Source: Pseudanabaena sp. SOY_30_concoct_251 (GTDB taxonomy: Bacteria; Cyanobacteriota; Cyanobacteriia; Pseudanabaenales; Pseudanabaenaceae). From it: DNA of 64,000 nt. The notes under the pieces are model-generated. The model did not search any database. It saw only the letters and a list, made by a program, of their open reading frames with translations, and was not told the DNA's origin. The DNA lies in assembly GCA_031388585.1 (NCBI GenBank), contig JANMRU010000141.1:3160-67159 (forward strand). Direction: 5' to 3'. This document shows positions 9,045 to 19,091 of this stretch, one piece after another. Position 1 is the first letter of the stretch; every line of letters starts with the position of its first letter. Both the position numbers and the translations under genes were made by a program.

Positions 9045-10097
9045 ATGGCACTAATACTGGCTGGCGATATTGGTGGGACAAAAACTCTATTACGTCTAGC
9101 AGATACGGCAGACCCAGCAAACCTTGAGAATGAAAATCTCCCCACCAACCTATTTGAAGCTAGCTACCGCAGCAATGACTTCGAGCATCTAACCCTAATC
9201 GTACAAAAGTTTCTGGCAGGGGCACAGGATCGCTTGGGCTATTTTCCGCAGCTGCAAACTGCGTGCTTTGGGATTGCGGGGCCAGTGGTGAACAATACTT
9301 CGGAATTAACTAATTTAGGTTGGTCTTTGCAGGGCGATCGCCTGGCGATCGCTTTGGAGATTGCACAGGTAACTCTAATAAATGACTTTGCCGCTGTGGG
9401 TTATGGGATTGGAGGTTTAGAGAGTAAGGATCTGCATACACTTCAGACAGGTCAACCTCAACCCCAAGCCCCAATTGCAATTATTGGAGCGGGAACTGGT
9501 TTGGGTGAGGGTTGGCTAACCTGGAGCGGGAGCAGTTATAAGGTGCAAAACTCTGAAGGTGGACATGCCAGCTTTGCCCCATGCGATCGCTTTGAGCTGG
9601 AATTATTGCAATATCTATTATGCCGTCATGAGCATGTTTCTGTGGAGCGCGTCGTCTCTGGTCAGGGCATTGTAGCAATTTACCAGTTTTTACGCGATCG
9701 TCAGTTTGCCGTTGATACGATTGGTTTGGCTCAGATTGTAAGTGATTGGGAGCAGGGCATAGGCTCAGTCGATCCAGGTGCTGCAATTTCGCAAGCAGGA
9801 CTAGAGCAACGCGATCGCCTGGCAATCCAAACTATGCTGATGTTTGTCAAAGCTTATGGGTCGGAGGCCGCTAACCTCGCACTCAAGCTATTACCCTACG
9901 GTGGCTTATATATTGCGGGGGGAATTGCCGCTAAGATCTTGCCGTTGCTGCAACAGGGAGAATTTATCGCCGCATTTCAGCAAAAAGGCAGAATGCAATC
10001 CCTTTTAGCGCATATTCCACTGCATATTATTTTGAACCCTAATGTTGGGTTGATCGGCTCGACGCTTTATGCTGCGAGGGCATGTTTGGAAGATTAG
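9045..10097 (+). CDS. glk: Glucokinase
   Basis: The N-terminal LAGDIGGTKT ATP-binding motif, length and overall pattern are typical of bacterial Glk. Confidence 0.85.
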   Translation: MALILAGDIGGTKTLLRLADTADPANLENENLPTNLFEASYRSNDFEHLTLIVQKFLAGAQDRLGYFPQLQTACFGIAGPVVNNTSELTNLGWSLQGDRLAIALEIAQVTLINDFAAVGYGIGGLESKDLHTLQTGQPQPQAPIAIIGAGTGLGEGWLTWSGSSYKVQNSEGGHASFAPCDRFELELLQYLLCRHEHVSVERVVSGQGIVAIYQFLRDRQFAVDTIGLAQIVSDWEQGIGSVDPGAAISQAGLEQRDRLAIQTMLMFVKAYGSEAANLALKLLPYGGLYIAGGIAAKILPLLQQGEFIAAFQQKGRMQSLLAHIPLHIILNPNVGLIGSTLYAARACLED

Positions 10098-10292
10098 GGA
10101 TTTATCAATGCGACCGATCTTATATAAACTGGAGCAAGGCATCTGCCGATTCTTACAATTCTTGCTTTCGTTTGCGATCGCACCCATCAAGAAAAATGGG
10201 TCACAGAGGTGCAGCCCCGACATTAGTTTTACTATTTTTTGTCTGTGGGGCTTGCAAAAAATTTAAACAAATATAAAAAAATTTAAAATTCT

Positions 10293-11459
10293 ATGAAACC
10301 AATCACCTTGCTGGGCTCTACTGGCTCGATCGGCACCCAAACCCTGGACATCGTAGCGCAATATCCTGATCGCTTCAGAGTAGTAGGTCTTGCCGCAGGG
10401 GGAAATGTAGATCTGCTAGCAGAGCAAATTCGCAGATTTCAGCCAGAAATTGTGGCGATCGCCGATCCAAACAAATTTGCTGCGCTCAAAGAAGCGATCG
10501 CTGGGGTCACACCTCAACCCATTCTACTCGCAGGTAAAGAGGGAATTGAAACCGTCGCTGCCTATGGCGATGCCCAAACCGTAGTTACTGGTATTGTGGG
10601 TTGTGCTGGCCTGCTACCGACCATTGCCGCCATTAAAGCTGGTAAAGATATTGCTTTGGCAAATAAAGAAACTTTGATTGCGGCAGGATCGGTGGTGCTA
10701 CCTCTGATCGAGAAACACGGAGTCAAGATCTTGCCTGCTGACTCAGAGCATTCTGCGATCTTCCAGTGCTTGCAGGGTATACCCGCAGGCGGCCTGCGAC
10801 GGATCTTGCTCACGGCTTCAGGTGGTTCGTTTAGAGATCTACCTGTAGAGAAATTAAGTACGGTGACGGTTGCCGATGCGCTGAAGCATCCAAACTGGTC
10901 AATGGGACGCAAAATTACGATCGACTCTGCCACGCTCATGAATAAGGGGCTAGAGGTAATCGAGGCTCATTATCTGTTTGGAGTGGACTACGATCGCATC
11001 GAAATTGTCATCCACCCGCAGAGCATCATTCATTCACTAATTGAGTTGCAAGATAGCTCCGTGCTGGCGCAACTAGGATTACCAGACATGCGACTACCGC
11101 TACTCTATGCCCTCTCTTATCCCGAACGCATCCATACTGATTGGTCTCGTCTCGATCTATTTAAGTGCGGCGATCTGACATTCCGTGAACCCGATCGCAG
11201 CAAATATCCATGTATGGATCTGGCCTACGCTGCTGGCAGGCGTGGTGGCACGATGCCTGCAGTTCTGAATGCTGCTAACGAGCAAGCTGTGGAACTATTC
11301 TTAAATGGCAAGATTACCTTTGTGCAGATCCCGCAATTGATTGAAATGGCTTGCGATCGCCATAACTGCTTAACTCAACCAGGTTTAGACGACATTATTG
11401 CTGCTGATACTTGGGCTAGACAGTCAGTTCTTGAGAATTTACTAGCGATCGCCCGCTAG
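10293..11459 (+). CDS. dxr: 1-deoxy-D-xylulose-5-phosphate reductoisomerase
   Basis: [23 protein letters not shown]-binding N-terminus, [15 protein letters not shown] and HPNWSMG motifs. Confidence 0.95.
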   Translation: MKPITLLGSTGSIGTQTLDIVAQYPDRFRVVGLAAGGNVDLLAEQIRRFQPEIVAIADPNKFAALKEAIAGVTPQPILLAGKEGIETVAAYGDAQTVVTGIVGCAGLLPTIAAIKAGKDIALANKETLIAAGSVVLPLIEKHGVKILPADSEHSAIFQCLQGIPAGGLRRILLTASGGSFRDLPVEKLSTVTVADALKHPNWSMGRKITIDSATLMNKGLEVIEAHYLFGVDYDRIEIVIHPQSIIHSLIELQDSSVLAQLGLPDMRLPLLYALSYPERIHTDWSRLDLFKCGDLTFREPDRSKYPCMDLAYAAGRRGGTMPAVLNAANEQAVELFLNGKITFVQIPQLIEMACDRHNCLTQPGLDDIIAADTWARQSVLENLLAIAR

Positions 11460-11554
11460 TGCAATACCAAGAATTCCCGAAAGCCCCCTCTAGCCACCCC
11501 TTGCTAAGAGGCGGCGATCGCTTGGGGTAGTAGCAACAGATCTAAAACAAGATC

Positions 11555-12616
11555 TTAGGAATCAGGCTGTCTTTTTTTGAGGACGGGGCGGGTTGGCGGT
11601 TCAGAAGTTGGTCTTGTCTGCCGAATTGGTTTACCTACGCCCTCGCCTACACTACTTGAGCCAACTTGATCGCCAAATTTCCTAGGTTTAGGCTTAAATC
11701 CGGGCCTGACATCTGTCTTGCGGAAAGACTTACGCGGTGGTTTGGCAGGAATATTAGCAATAAAATTAGCATCAAGAATTTTGAGGACATTGCCCTGACG
11801 CTGGGCATTAACATCCCAAAACTGGCCAACGGCATTGGTGGGCAAAATTCCAGACAGACATATTTTGAATTTTGTGATGGCCTTACCACCATCTTTTCTC
11901 GGCTGCACTGGCTTACTATTTAGTCCAATGCGACGCACTTTAATATATACCTGGTTATCTTCCAGTGATTGTGCGATTACCTCACCACGCACAGAGAAAT
12001 AACCATCATCAACACTGGGTTCAGAAGACTGCTCTGCTTTGCCCATCTCTACGGGGGCCCACACGCCAGCGATCTGAATGTGCAAGTCCCCAGCTCTATC
12101 ACGAGTGCGGGGATATACAACCCAGTAGTAGTCTTTCTCAAGATCGAGACGCTTTTTGACAATAGAAATAACCTTACCCAATAAAACAGCATCGATCGTC
12201 GTGCCGTCCGGGGTAACGATAAAGCCTTTGCTAAACTGATCTTCCTCAGGTGTATAGCGGCCTTGAACTAAACCAATAGCTCTATACTGCATTGGCTCCG
12301 TCGCTGGAGGAATTGGTAACGTGCGCTCAGAGCGATCGAGCGATAGCTGCTCTGACAGATCAGAGGGCTGTGCTATTAATTCATCCGTTGGTGGTTCTTG
12401 AACAGATTCAACTAATTCAGTCTTCGCTTCTACGATGATTTCGCTAGCTGCTTCGCTAGCTGCTTCGCTAGCTGCTTCGCTGATAGGTGTAGGACTAATT
12501 AGCTTAACTAGCTCTAGTTTTTGAGGTTCCTTTGCAGCGGCAGACTTAGACGTTGCCGAACCCGACGCAGAACTTGTGGACTTGGGAGACTTACTTGATT
12601 TGTTGAACTTGCTCAT
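11555..12616 (-). CDS. Hypothetical protein with basic Ser/Lys/Pro-rich tails and an (EAAS)n repeat
   Basis: ORF of 353 aa. The N-terminus is KSSKSPKSTSSASGSATSKSAAAK, the C-terminus is KPPRKSFRK..KPKPRK..KKRQ, and there is a globular centre. I recognised no family. Confidence 0.6.
   Translation of the reverse strand: MSKFNKSSKSPKSTSSASGSATSKSAAAKEPQKLELVKLISPTPISEAASEAASEAASEIIVEAKTELVESVQEPPTDELIAQPSDLSEQLSLDRSERTLPIPPATEPMQYRAIGLVQGRYTPEEDQFSKGFIVTPDGTTIDAVLLGKVISIVKKRLDLEKDYYWVVYPRTRDRAGDLHIQIAGVWAPVEMGKAEQSSEPSVDDGYFSVRGEVIAQSLEDNQVYIKVRRIGLNSKPVQPRKDGGKAITKFKICLSGILPTNAVGQFWDVNAQRQGNVLKILDANFIANIPAKPPRKSFRKTDVRPGFKPKPRKFGDQVGSSSVGEGVGKPIRQTRPTSEPPTRPVLKKRQPDS
12441..12481. repeat. 12-bp in-frame tandem repeat (tcgctagctgct, about 3.4 copies) encoding EAASEAASEAAS
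   Basis: Direct reading of 12441..12481 inside the CDS at 11555..12616. Confidence 0.9.
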
Positions 12617-12999
12617 TAGAACCTCCGAAACATACCATGACCCAAATTTGGGGAAGATCTACTCATATAGCTTTGGCAATAACCAAAGCTTGAGTTCAGT
12701 TAACTAATAGGGAAATTAGTTGGAAACTTTTTGCCAGGTTAATAGAATAACCCCAAAACTAAAGCTGGCAGTACAAAGCTTCAACTGCTCTTTACATTGT
12801 AATGAAGTTGAATGGATCTCTATACTAACAGGGCAAAACGGAGCCGCGTCAATAACCTGAAGAATATTCTTCTAGATCATCGACATCCTAGCATTTGGCT
12901 TAATCCAATGGTGTGCTATGTCCGGATTAAATATTCAGCTTCGTCTTAACTAGGGGGATTTTGCACGCATAAAGCAGGATGCTATTGCTAGGACTATCT

Positions 13000-13758
13000 C
13001 TATGTATCCTGCAAATGTTGGTAGTTAACTATTCGCGCGAACCCTTTAGCATCGAGACTAGCTCCACCGACTAGTACTCCGTCAATTTCTGGCTGTGCCA
13101 TGATTTCATCAATATTTTCAGGTTTCACAGAGCCACCGTACTGAATTGTGAGATCTGGGTAGTCAAGCTGGCTGCGAATCGAACCAATGACACGATTTGC
13201 TTCCTTCGCTTCGCAGGTATCCCCAGTACCGATCGCCCATATTGGTTCGTAGGCAATAATTAAATTTTTCTGATCTACTTCTTGTAATCCCTGCGCCAGT
13301 TGAGAAGCGATCCATGCTTCGGTTTCTCCGCCATCGCGCTGTTGCTTGCTTTCTCCCACACACAAAATTGGGGTTAAGCCATGACTTTGTGCTGCTTTGA
13401 GCCGTTGATTGACTGTGGCATTAGTTTCGCCAAAATACTGTCGTCTTTCACTGTGACCAATGATCGCAAACTTGATTCCCAATTCCACTAACATTGGTGC
13501 GGCAATTTCACCTGTAAATGCACCCTCATTAGCCCAATGTACATTCTGTGCGCCAATACTGAGGTTAGTCGGCCCATTTGCAGCTAGCTGTAACAACAGC
13601 GGCAACGTCGTAAATGGGGGACAGATAATAATCTGAGCCGCTGTGCCCCATTCGCTCTTCTGGGCAGTGAGTTGGGGCAGGAAATCAACCAGAAATGCTT
13701 TGGCCTCTGACTGGGTCTTATACATTTTCCAGTTGCCAGCAATTACAATCTTACGCAA
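13000..13758 (-). CDS. tpiA: Triosephosphate isomerase
   Basis: IAGNWKM, IGHSERR and [11 protein letters not shown] motifs. It has a TTG start. Confidence 0.95.
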   Translation of the reverse strand: MRKIVIAGNWKMYKTQSEAKAFLVDFLPQLTAQKSEWGTAAQIIICPPFTTLPLLLQLAANGPTNLSIGAQNVHWANEGAFTGEIAAPMLVELGIKFAIIGHSERRQYFGETNATVNQRLKAAQSHGLTPILCVGESKQQRDGGETEAWIASQLAQGLQEVDQKNLIIAYEPIWAIGTGDTCEAKEANRVIGSIRSQLDYPDLTIQYGGSVKPENIDEIMAQPEIDGVLVGGASLDAKGFARIVNYQHLQDT

Positions 13759-13796
13759 AGTAAATAGTCCTTAAAAATCCATTTTTTTAATGCTTT

Positions 13797-13920
13797 AGGA
13801 CTTACGCAGTCAAATCCATGAAAAATGAATGGAAGGGAGTTTGAGGGCTTCGCCCTCAATTGGGGCGTTGCCCCAAACCCCTTAAAATTCGGTTTTTATC
13901 TTTCACGGTGCGTAAATCCT
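13797..13920 (+). mobile_element. MITE-like repeat (family B) with 12-bp terminal inverted repeats
   Basis: aggacttacgca ... tgcgtaaatcct are inverted termini with one mismatch. The internal hairpins are gagggcttcgccctc and ggggcgttgcccc, and the core is shared with 5984..6030. Confidence 0.7.
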
Positions 13921-14023
13921 ATGCTTATTTAAGTTTAGTTTTAAACTTGGTGATTATAGAGACTTAATTATCAAAACAGAGCTAGGGGCCGAAACGAGTC
14001 AGCTGGGTCAGCAAGAAAAAGAT

Positions 14024-14230
14024 CTAGGGTTTTCTCTCGTCAGGGGTTGCCCGTAAGCAAGTATAGTTAGCGGCATTCCGAAAGGTTTGAATCTTTTCGA
14101 CAATATTAAGATGGCCGCAGTTGGGGCAATAGACTTTTTCACCGATTTGCGGCTCAATATCTGCTCTGCTCCACCAACTCTGACAGCGATCGCAACAAAA
14201 ATGATATAGAAACTCTAAAGATACCTTCAT
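14024..14230 (-). CDS. Small zinc-ribbon protein
   Basis: 68 aa with CDRC ... CPNC cysteine pairs. Its ATG lies 2 nt after the stop of the upstream DUF1257 gene. Confidence 0.55.
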   Translation of the reverse strand: MKVSLEFLYHFCCDRCQSWWSRADIEPQIGEKVYCPNCGHLNIVEKIQTFRNAANYTCLRATPDERKP

Positions 14231-14232
14231 CT

Positions 14233-14607
14233 TTAAACCCAGCGTCCCACCACTACGCGCACCGTACCATCTGGTAAAACTTCTTCCTGCTCGATCGCAA
14301 AGCCTTGAGCTTGAGCCGCCGCCATCAGCGATCTGTGCGCATATTTTTGCGTGACCGCATTGACAAAAGCCTGCTCGTCGATCTGCGCTCCCCAGAAATC
14401 TGCGATTAGTTCATAGCTTGCGCCCTGCTTTCTAAAGCCCAGGTCATAGCCGTTAATCTGGCGAACCACGTATTCAGACTCGATCTTGTTGCCTTTGTAA
14501 CCGCGTACCATCGTATTGCGTTCTACCTTATACCCCAATTCTTGCAGAGCTTGTTGCAAAATTTCGCCATTTTCGATCTGGACTTTGATCGTCGTAAAGT
14601 GGGACAT
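14233..14607 (-). CDS. DUF1257 (Ycf35-like) protein
   Basis: MSHFTTIKVQIENGEILQQALQELGY resembles the DUF1257 N-terminus. An AGGAGG lies 8 nt upstream of the ATG at 14607. The longer track ORF (to 14829) would overlap the divergent rnb start. Confidence 0.65.
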   Translation of the reverse strand: MSHFTTIKVQIENGEILQQALQELGYKVERNTMVRGYKGNKIESEYVVRQINGYDLGFRKQGASYELIADFWGAQIDEQAFVNAVTQKYAHRSLMAAAQAQGFAIEQEEVLPDGTVRVVVGRWV

Positions 14608-14714
14608 GAGACTTTTTCCTCCTGATAGTTTCAGTATTCCACAAACTCTTGACTTGGTATGCATGTGGTTGACTATAGAGTAAAATTTCAGATAAACCGT
14701 GGAAAATAGAGCTT

Positions 14715-16742
14715 GTGGAAAAGGGTACGCTGGTTGAATTTCGTCTGCATGGCGATCGCCGCTTGGCGGTAGTCGATCGGCCAGAAGGTAAAAAACACCT
14801 ACAAGTAATTGACGAAAATGGCACGACACATACGGTACATCCCCGCGAGATTGACTATGTGATTAAAGGTAGCCCTAAAGCTGAGCCAGAAAGATTTACA
14901 GTCAAGCAGATCCCAACTTTTCACCAGCAGGTCAAGCCATTCCTCGACCCTTCTAGCCTAGAGGTAGCTTGGGAGATCTTGGTAGAGGATAATCAGCCCG
15001 TTACTCCCGATCAATTAGCACAGTTACTGTTTTCGCAGATCAGTGCCGCTACAACCTACGCAGCTCATTGCTTGCTCAGTGAAGATAAGCTCTACTTCAA
15101 GCAAAAGGGCACTAACTACGAGCCCCGATCTACAACCCAAGTGGCGGAGTTAAAACACCAGGCTGAAGTCGCAGCAGCAAGGGTAAATGAAGCGGAAGCA
15201 TTTTTGCAAAAACTTAAAACCAAATTAGAGGGGACAGAAATAGAGTGGACGAGTAGCGATCGCCATCGGTTAGAGAGCCTGGAGCGCTATGCTCTAAATG
15301 GCGAAGATTCTTCGGACAAATCTGTCGCGATCGATCTTTTAACTGCACTCCAGCGCTCTAAGCATGATATTGCTGCATTTCAGCTTCTAGTCGATCTGGG
15401 TATCTGGAGCGTGCACGAAAATCTCCACCTTCGCCGCAGTCAGATTCCTACCCGATTTGCCGCTGATCTGCTTGCAAAAGTGCAGGAGCTGATGGATTCC
15501 CCTATTCCCGATCCCATCGAGCGCATCGATCTTACCCATCTACACGTCTATACGATTGATGATGAGAGTACGACGGAAATTGATGATGGCCTCAGTGTTG
15601 AGACCCTGGAGTCTGGCAAACATCGCATCTGGATTCACATCGCCGACCCGACGCGCTGGGTGCAGCCCAATGACGTTTTAGATCGCGAAGCCCGCAAGCG
15701 TGGAACTAGCGTTTATCTGCCCACAGGGGTAATTCCCATGTTTCCCACGGAATTCGCCACTGGGCCAATGAGTTTAGTGCAGGGGCAGATACGTCATGCG
15801 CTCTCATTTGCCGTTGAGCTAGATGCAACTGGTGGAGTGGAGAAATATGATATCTATGCTAGTACGATCAAGCCCAACTATCGCCTCACATATGAAGATG
15901 TGACTGAGATGCTTGAACTCGGAGTAGAATCTGACTTAGAAGCTCTGGCTAACTATGCCCACCTCAGAACTGACTGGCGGAAATCGCAGGGCGCGATCAA
16001 CATCGACTTACCAGAAACCAATATTAAGGTCGATTTAAACAACCCTGAGAAACTGACCTTAGAGATTTTAGACGACTCCTTCTCTAGACAGCTAGTCGCT
16101 GAGATGATGATTCTGACTGGCGAGGTCGCAGCTAAATTTGCCCAAGCCCATAATATTCCAATTCCCTACCGCTTCCAAGAGCAACCCGATCTGCCCTCCG
16201 AAGAAGAGATTATGCAACTGCCACCTGGACCGGTGCGCGAATTTGCGATTTGTCGCTGCATGACCAAGGGTGAGGCGGGCGTTTATCCCTCTCGCCATGC
16301 TGGATTAGGCTTAGATGCCTACGCACAGGTAACTTCACCAATTCGTCGTTATAGCGATCTGTTGGCTCACTGGCAGATTAAAGCTCATCTCAGCGGCGAA
16401 CCCTTACCGTTTACGACAGATACCTTGAGCGATTTGTTGCAGATGATCGATCCTGGTGTTTACGAAGCGATTCAAATCGAGCGTCAATCAACACGTTACT
16501 GGAGTTTGGAATATCTCAATCGTTATCGTGATACGGTATGGAGAGCGCTGCTATTAGATTGGTTGCGTGAAAGCGAGCGGCTCGGACTAGTTCTATTCGA
16601 GGATTTGGGACTCAAGCTTCCGATGCGATTGACCAGAACTATTAATGTGGGCGAGAATCTCAACCTAAAAGTAGTAGATGTCGATCCCCGCAAGGATATT
16701 ATCCAGTTTCAGGAGGTACAGGCAGCAGTTCTGCAGCCTTGA
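14715..16742 (+). CDS. rnb: Exoribonuclease II / RNase R family (RNB domain)
   Basis: The RNB catalytic motif is YTIDDESTTEIDDGLSV, with SPIRRYSDLLAHWQ further on. It has a GTG start. Confidence 0.85.
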   Translation: MEKGTLVEFRLHGDRRLAVVDRPEGKKHLQVIDENGTTHTVHPREIDYVIKGSPKAEPERFTVKQIPTFHQQVKPFLDPSSLEVAWEILVEDNQPVTPDQLAQLLFSQISAATTYAAHCLLSEDKLYFKQKGTNYEPRSTTQVAELKHQAEVAAARVNEAEAFLQKLKTKLEGTEIEWTSSDRHRLESLERYALNGEDSSDKSVAIDLLTALQRSKHDIAAFQLLVDLGIWSVHENLHLRRSQIPTRFAADLLAKVQELMDSPIPDPIERIDLTHLHVYTIDDESTTEIDDGLSVETLESGKHRIWIHIADPTRWVQPNDVLDREARKRGTSVYLPTGVIPMFPTEFATGPMSLVQGQIRHALSFAVELDATGGVEKYDIYASTIKPNYRLTYEDVTEMLELGVESDLEALANYAHLRTDWRKSQGAINIDLPETNIKVDLNNPEKLTLEILDDSFSRQLVAEMMILTGEVAAKFAQAHNIPIPYRFQEQPDLPSEEEIMQLPPGPVREFAICRCMTKGEAGVYPSRHAGLGLDAYAQVTSPIRRYSDLLAHWQIKAHLSGEPLPFTTDTLSDLLQMIDPGVYEAIQIERQSTRYWSLEYLNRYRDTVWRALLLDWLRESERLGLVLFEDLGLKLPMRLTRTINVGENLNLKVVDVDPRKDIIQFQEVQAAVLQP

Positions 16743-16750
16743 ATCTTGTC

Positions 16751-16864
16751 TATAGCGATCGCCAATTAGGTCAGGACGGGGTGGAGGGGTAGAACCCCTC
16801 CGTGGGGGCATTGCCCCCACACCCCCAATTAAAATCTGTCCTAACGATCTAGGCGCTGGCTATA
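16751..16864 (+). mobile_element. MITE-like repeat (family A), copy 1
   Basis: About 114 bp. Termini are tatagcgatcgcc / ggcgctggctata, with sub-terminal aggtcaggac / gtcctaac. Hairpins are gaggggtagaacccctc and gggggcattgccccc. It is near-identical to 33784..33896. Confidence 0.8.
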
Positions 16865-17027
16865 GATTTAAACTTTTACAAAGACGCGATTTGTAGTCCC
16901 CGATCGTTAGGAGTTGGCAACTGGTATATTACGGGTAATTTCCGAGATGCAAATTTGAGCGTGGAAAATTTTCTTGCGCTGCTTTGAATTAGTTGGAAAA
17001 GCGATCGCTAAGCAGATATTGACCGTT

Positions 17028-17489
17028 ATGGAATCTATAGCTACAATCCCAGAACTTGATGATTTTAAGCTGACCTATGAACCTATAGATGTAGGTGAGG
17101 TTTACAAATTAGCTGATGCATCGGCTAATGGAGCCGTTGTGTTAATGAGTGGCATGGTACGCGACAAGACAGCAGGCAGAGCCGTAGATCACCTCGATTA
17201 TCAGGCGTATGATGTGATGGCACTGCGGGTATTCCACCAAATTGCAGGGGATATTCGACACAGGTATCCTGATGTCAGCCGTGTTGCGATCCATCATCGT
17301 CTGGGCAAATTAAGTGTGGGTGAAATCAGCGTCCTGATTGCGGTTGGCTCCCCCCATCGCGGCGAGGCATTTGATGCTTGCCGCTACGCCATTGATACGC
17401 TCAAGCAGAATGCCCCAATCTGGAAAAAAGAATACTGGCTTGACGGCGACAGCACTTGGGTTAATATTGGCAAATGCAATTTGCCGTAA
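17028..17489 (+). CDS. moaE: Molybdopterin synthase catalytic subunit
   Basis: HHRLGKLSVGEISVLIAVGSPHRGEAFDACRYAIDTLKQNAPIWKKE is the MoaE signature region. The ATG is at 17028. Confidence 0.85.
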   Translation: MESIATIPELDDFKLTYEPIDVGEVYKLADASANGAVVLMSGMVRDKTAGRAVDHLDYQAYDVMALRVFHQIAGDIRHRYPDVSRVAIHHRLGKLSVGEISVLIAVGSPHRGEAFDACRYAIDTLKQNAPIWKKEYWLDGDSTWVNIGKCNLP

Positions 17490-17527
17490 GCTCCACCTCT
17501 TCAATCCTCAAAAGAGGAATATCACAG

Positions 17528-18940
17528 ATGAAAAAATCAGCTTTAGATTTTGGTTTGGATTTAACTCTAGCTAGTGCGATCGCCGCTTTAGGTCTACTGT
17601 TTTCGACAGTCTTAGTCAATACTCAAGCAGGCGCACAAACAAGCTCAGTTGCTTCGCTAGCCAATACCTCGGCGCGACTTAACCAACATCAAAGTCGGAG
17701 ATCGCAAATGCGCCCCGAGAGTTTTGACCTGGCACTGTATCCGATCGTAGATGCTAACGAAAGATATTGGATTAGCTTGCTATGGGATACGGGTATCGTG
17801 GAGCCACAGACAGATTATGCGGCCAAAGCTTTAGGGGAAATCCTAGCTTTAACCACTACCCCCAATTTATCCGAGGCGCAATCGCGCATAGTCCATGCCG
17901 CGATGCAGGTAGGTACGCAGTTATACGCCAGCAATCCTACTCTCAACACCACAATCGAAAAGGCATTCTTGCAAACAATCGATCGCGGCCTCGATCCAGA
18001 ATGGGTAGCGATGTCGCTTTCAGGATTAGGCAAGGGCAGTATCGAGGTGCAGGAACTCCAACAACTGGGCGATCGCGTCAAACAAAGATTCCCTCGCTGG
18101 TCGCAAAATATCTACCTTTACACGACAATGCGAGAGATTGAGGAGATGGTTTCTCCCTCTGACACTCCGCCCTTAAACGATCTTCTAAATTGGACAGGCA
18201 TTCCCGATCGATTCCATCTCTATGTAATTTGCCAACGAAATCGCCAGATCTTATGTCAAGCCGTAGTTAAGGATCGAAATGGCAAATTTATCAGAGAGAA
18301 TGGGAAGCTCTGGTCTGTTCCTTTGTTACTGCGATCGCTACATCACCTGAGTTGGAATTTCACGCGCGGCCAAACTCCACAGGGCATTTATCGCATTGAA
18401 GGTACAGTACCGCAGCCAGATACTGAATATTTTAGAGCCTACGGTCAGTTCCCATTGGTCAAAATATTTGTACCGTTTGAAGCTGGTGTGAAGGAGTTTT
18501 TGCCAGGTCGCAAAGGTGGCTTTAGAGAAAACATTCAAGCCTATCAAGCACTTTTGCCACCATCCTGGCAGAACTATTTTCCCATCCAACAAACCTATTG
18601 GGCGGGAATGAGTGGCAGATCGCTATTTCGGATTCACGGCAGTGGGGAAGCAGCTACCTATTTCCCAGGCAACCGTCCACAACAGGGCAATAATACCTGG
18701 AGCCCAACCATTGGTTGCCTTTCCGCGCTGGAGTCATATGACGATCGCGGTAATCTCTCGCAAACAGATATGCCTAAGATTTTGAGGACGCTGACGACTT
18801 TAGGCGGAGGTAATTTATCAGGTTATCTAATCGTTGTAGAAGTTCCTGGCGATGCCAAAAATCCGATCTCTTTAGAAACCATTCAGGCGGCGATCGCATC
18901 GCAACCTAGAGCCCAAGTAAACCAATCGAGAATACCCTAG
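17528..18940 (+). CDS. Exported hypothetical protein with a possible YkuD-like (L,D-transpeptidase fold) C-terminal region
   Basis: Signal-like N-terminus MKKSALDFGLDLTLASAIAALGLLFS. The C-terminal FRIHGSGE....SPTIGCLSA resembles the His...Gly-Cys catalytic arrangement. This is a weak, eye-only call. Confidence 0.5.
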   Translation: MKKSALDFGLDLTLASAIAALGLLFSTVLVNTQAGAQTSSVASLANTSARLNQHQSRRSQMRPESFDLALYPIVDANERYWISLLWDTGIVEPQTDYAAKALGEILALTTTPNLSEAQSRIVHAAMQVGTQLYASNPTLNTTIEKAFLQTIDRGLDPEWVAMSLSGLGKGSIEVQELQQLGDRVKQRFPRWSQNIYLYTTMREIEEMVSPSDTPPLNDLLNWTGIPDRFHLYVICQRNRQILCQAVVKDRNGKFIRENGKLWSVPLLLRSLHHLSWNFTRGQTPQGIYRIEGTVPQPDTEYFRAYGQFPLVKIFVPFEAGVKEFLPGRKGGFRENIQAYQALLPPSWQNYFPIQQTYWAGMSGRSLFRIHGSGEAATYFPGNRPQQGNNTWSPTIGCLSALESYDDRGNLSQTDMPKILRTLTTLGGGNLSGYLIVVEVPGDAKNPISLETIQAAIASQPRAQVNQSRIP

Positions 18941-18960
18941 GATATACAGCAATCAGTTTT

Positions 18961-19044
18961 TATTTGTTTAGGGATGAAAGGCTGAAACCCATCTGTGGGG
19001 GCGCAGCCTCCACCGCCAACTTGCAATTTATATAGGATTGCTAC
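18961..19044 (-). mobile_element. MITE-like repeat (family C), inverted copy
   Basis: The reverse complement reads tagcaatcctatataaattgcaagttggcggtggaggctgcgccccc...cctaaacaaata, which matches the copies at 28657 and 43026. Confidence 0.6.
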
Positions 19045-19091
19045 ATACCTTTGCAGGTATAATTTCAATCGAACTGAAAGCGGTAAATGCA

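Noticed and set aside
10255-10288. A direct repeat aaaaaatttaaa x2 and A-tracts just upstream of dxr, plus an imperfect hairpin at 10208..10255
   Set aside because: This is probably ordinary AT-rich promoter or UP-element DNA. The hairpin lacks a U-tract on either strand, so I made no terminator or riboswitch call.
14608-14829. A 74-codon N-terminal extension of the DUF1257 ORF (track ORF 14233..14829), plus the antisense ORF at 14528..14824
   Set aside because: The extension has no family-like sequence and overlaps the divergent rnb start. An AGGAGG plus ATG at 14607 gives the canonical MSHF start.
19038-19091. An 18-codon N-terminal extension of the inositol-monophosphatase-family ORF
   Set aside because: The extension is encoded by the end of a MITE copy (18961..19044). 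The ATG at 19092 gives a normal family N-terminus.
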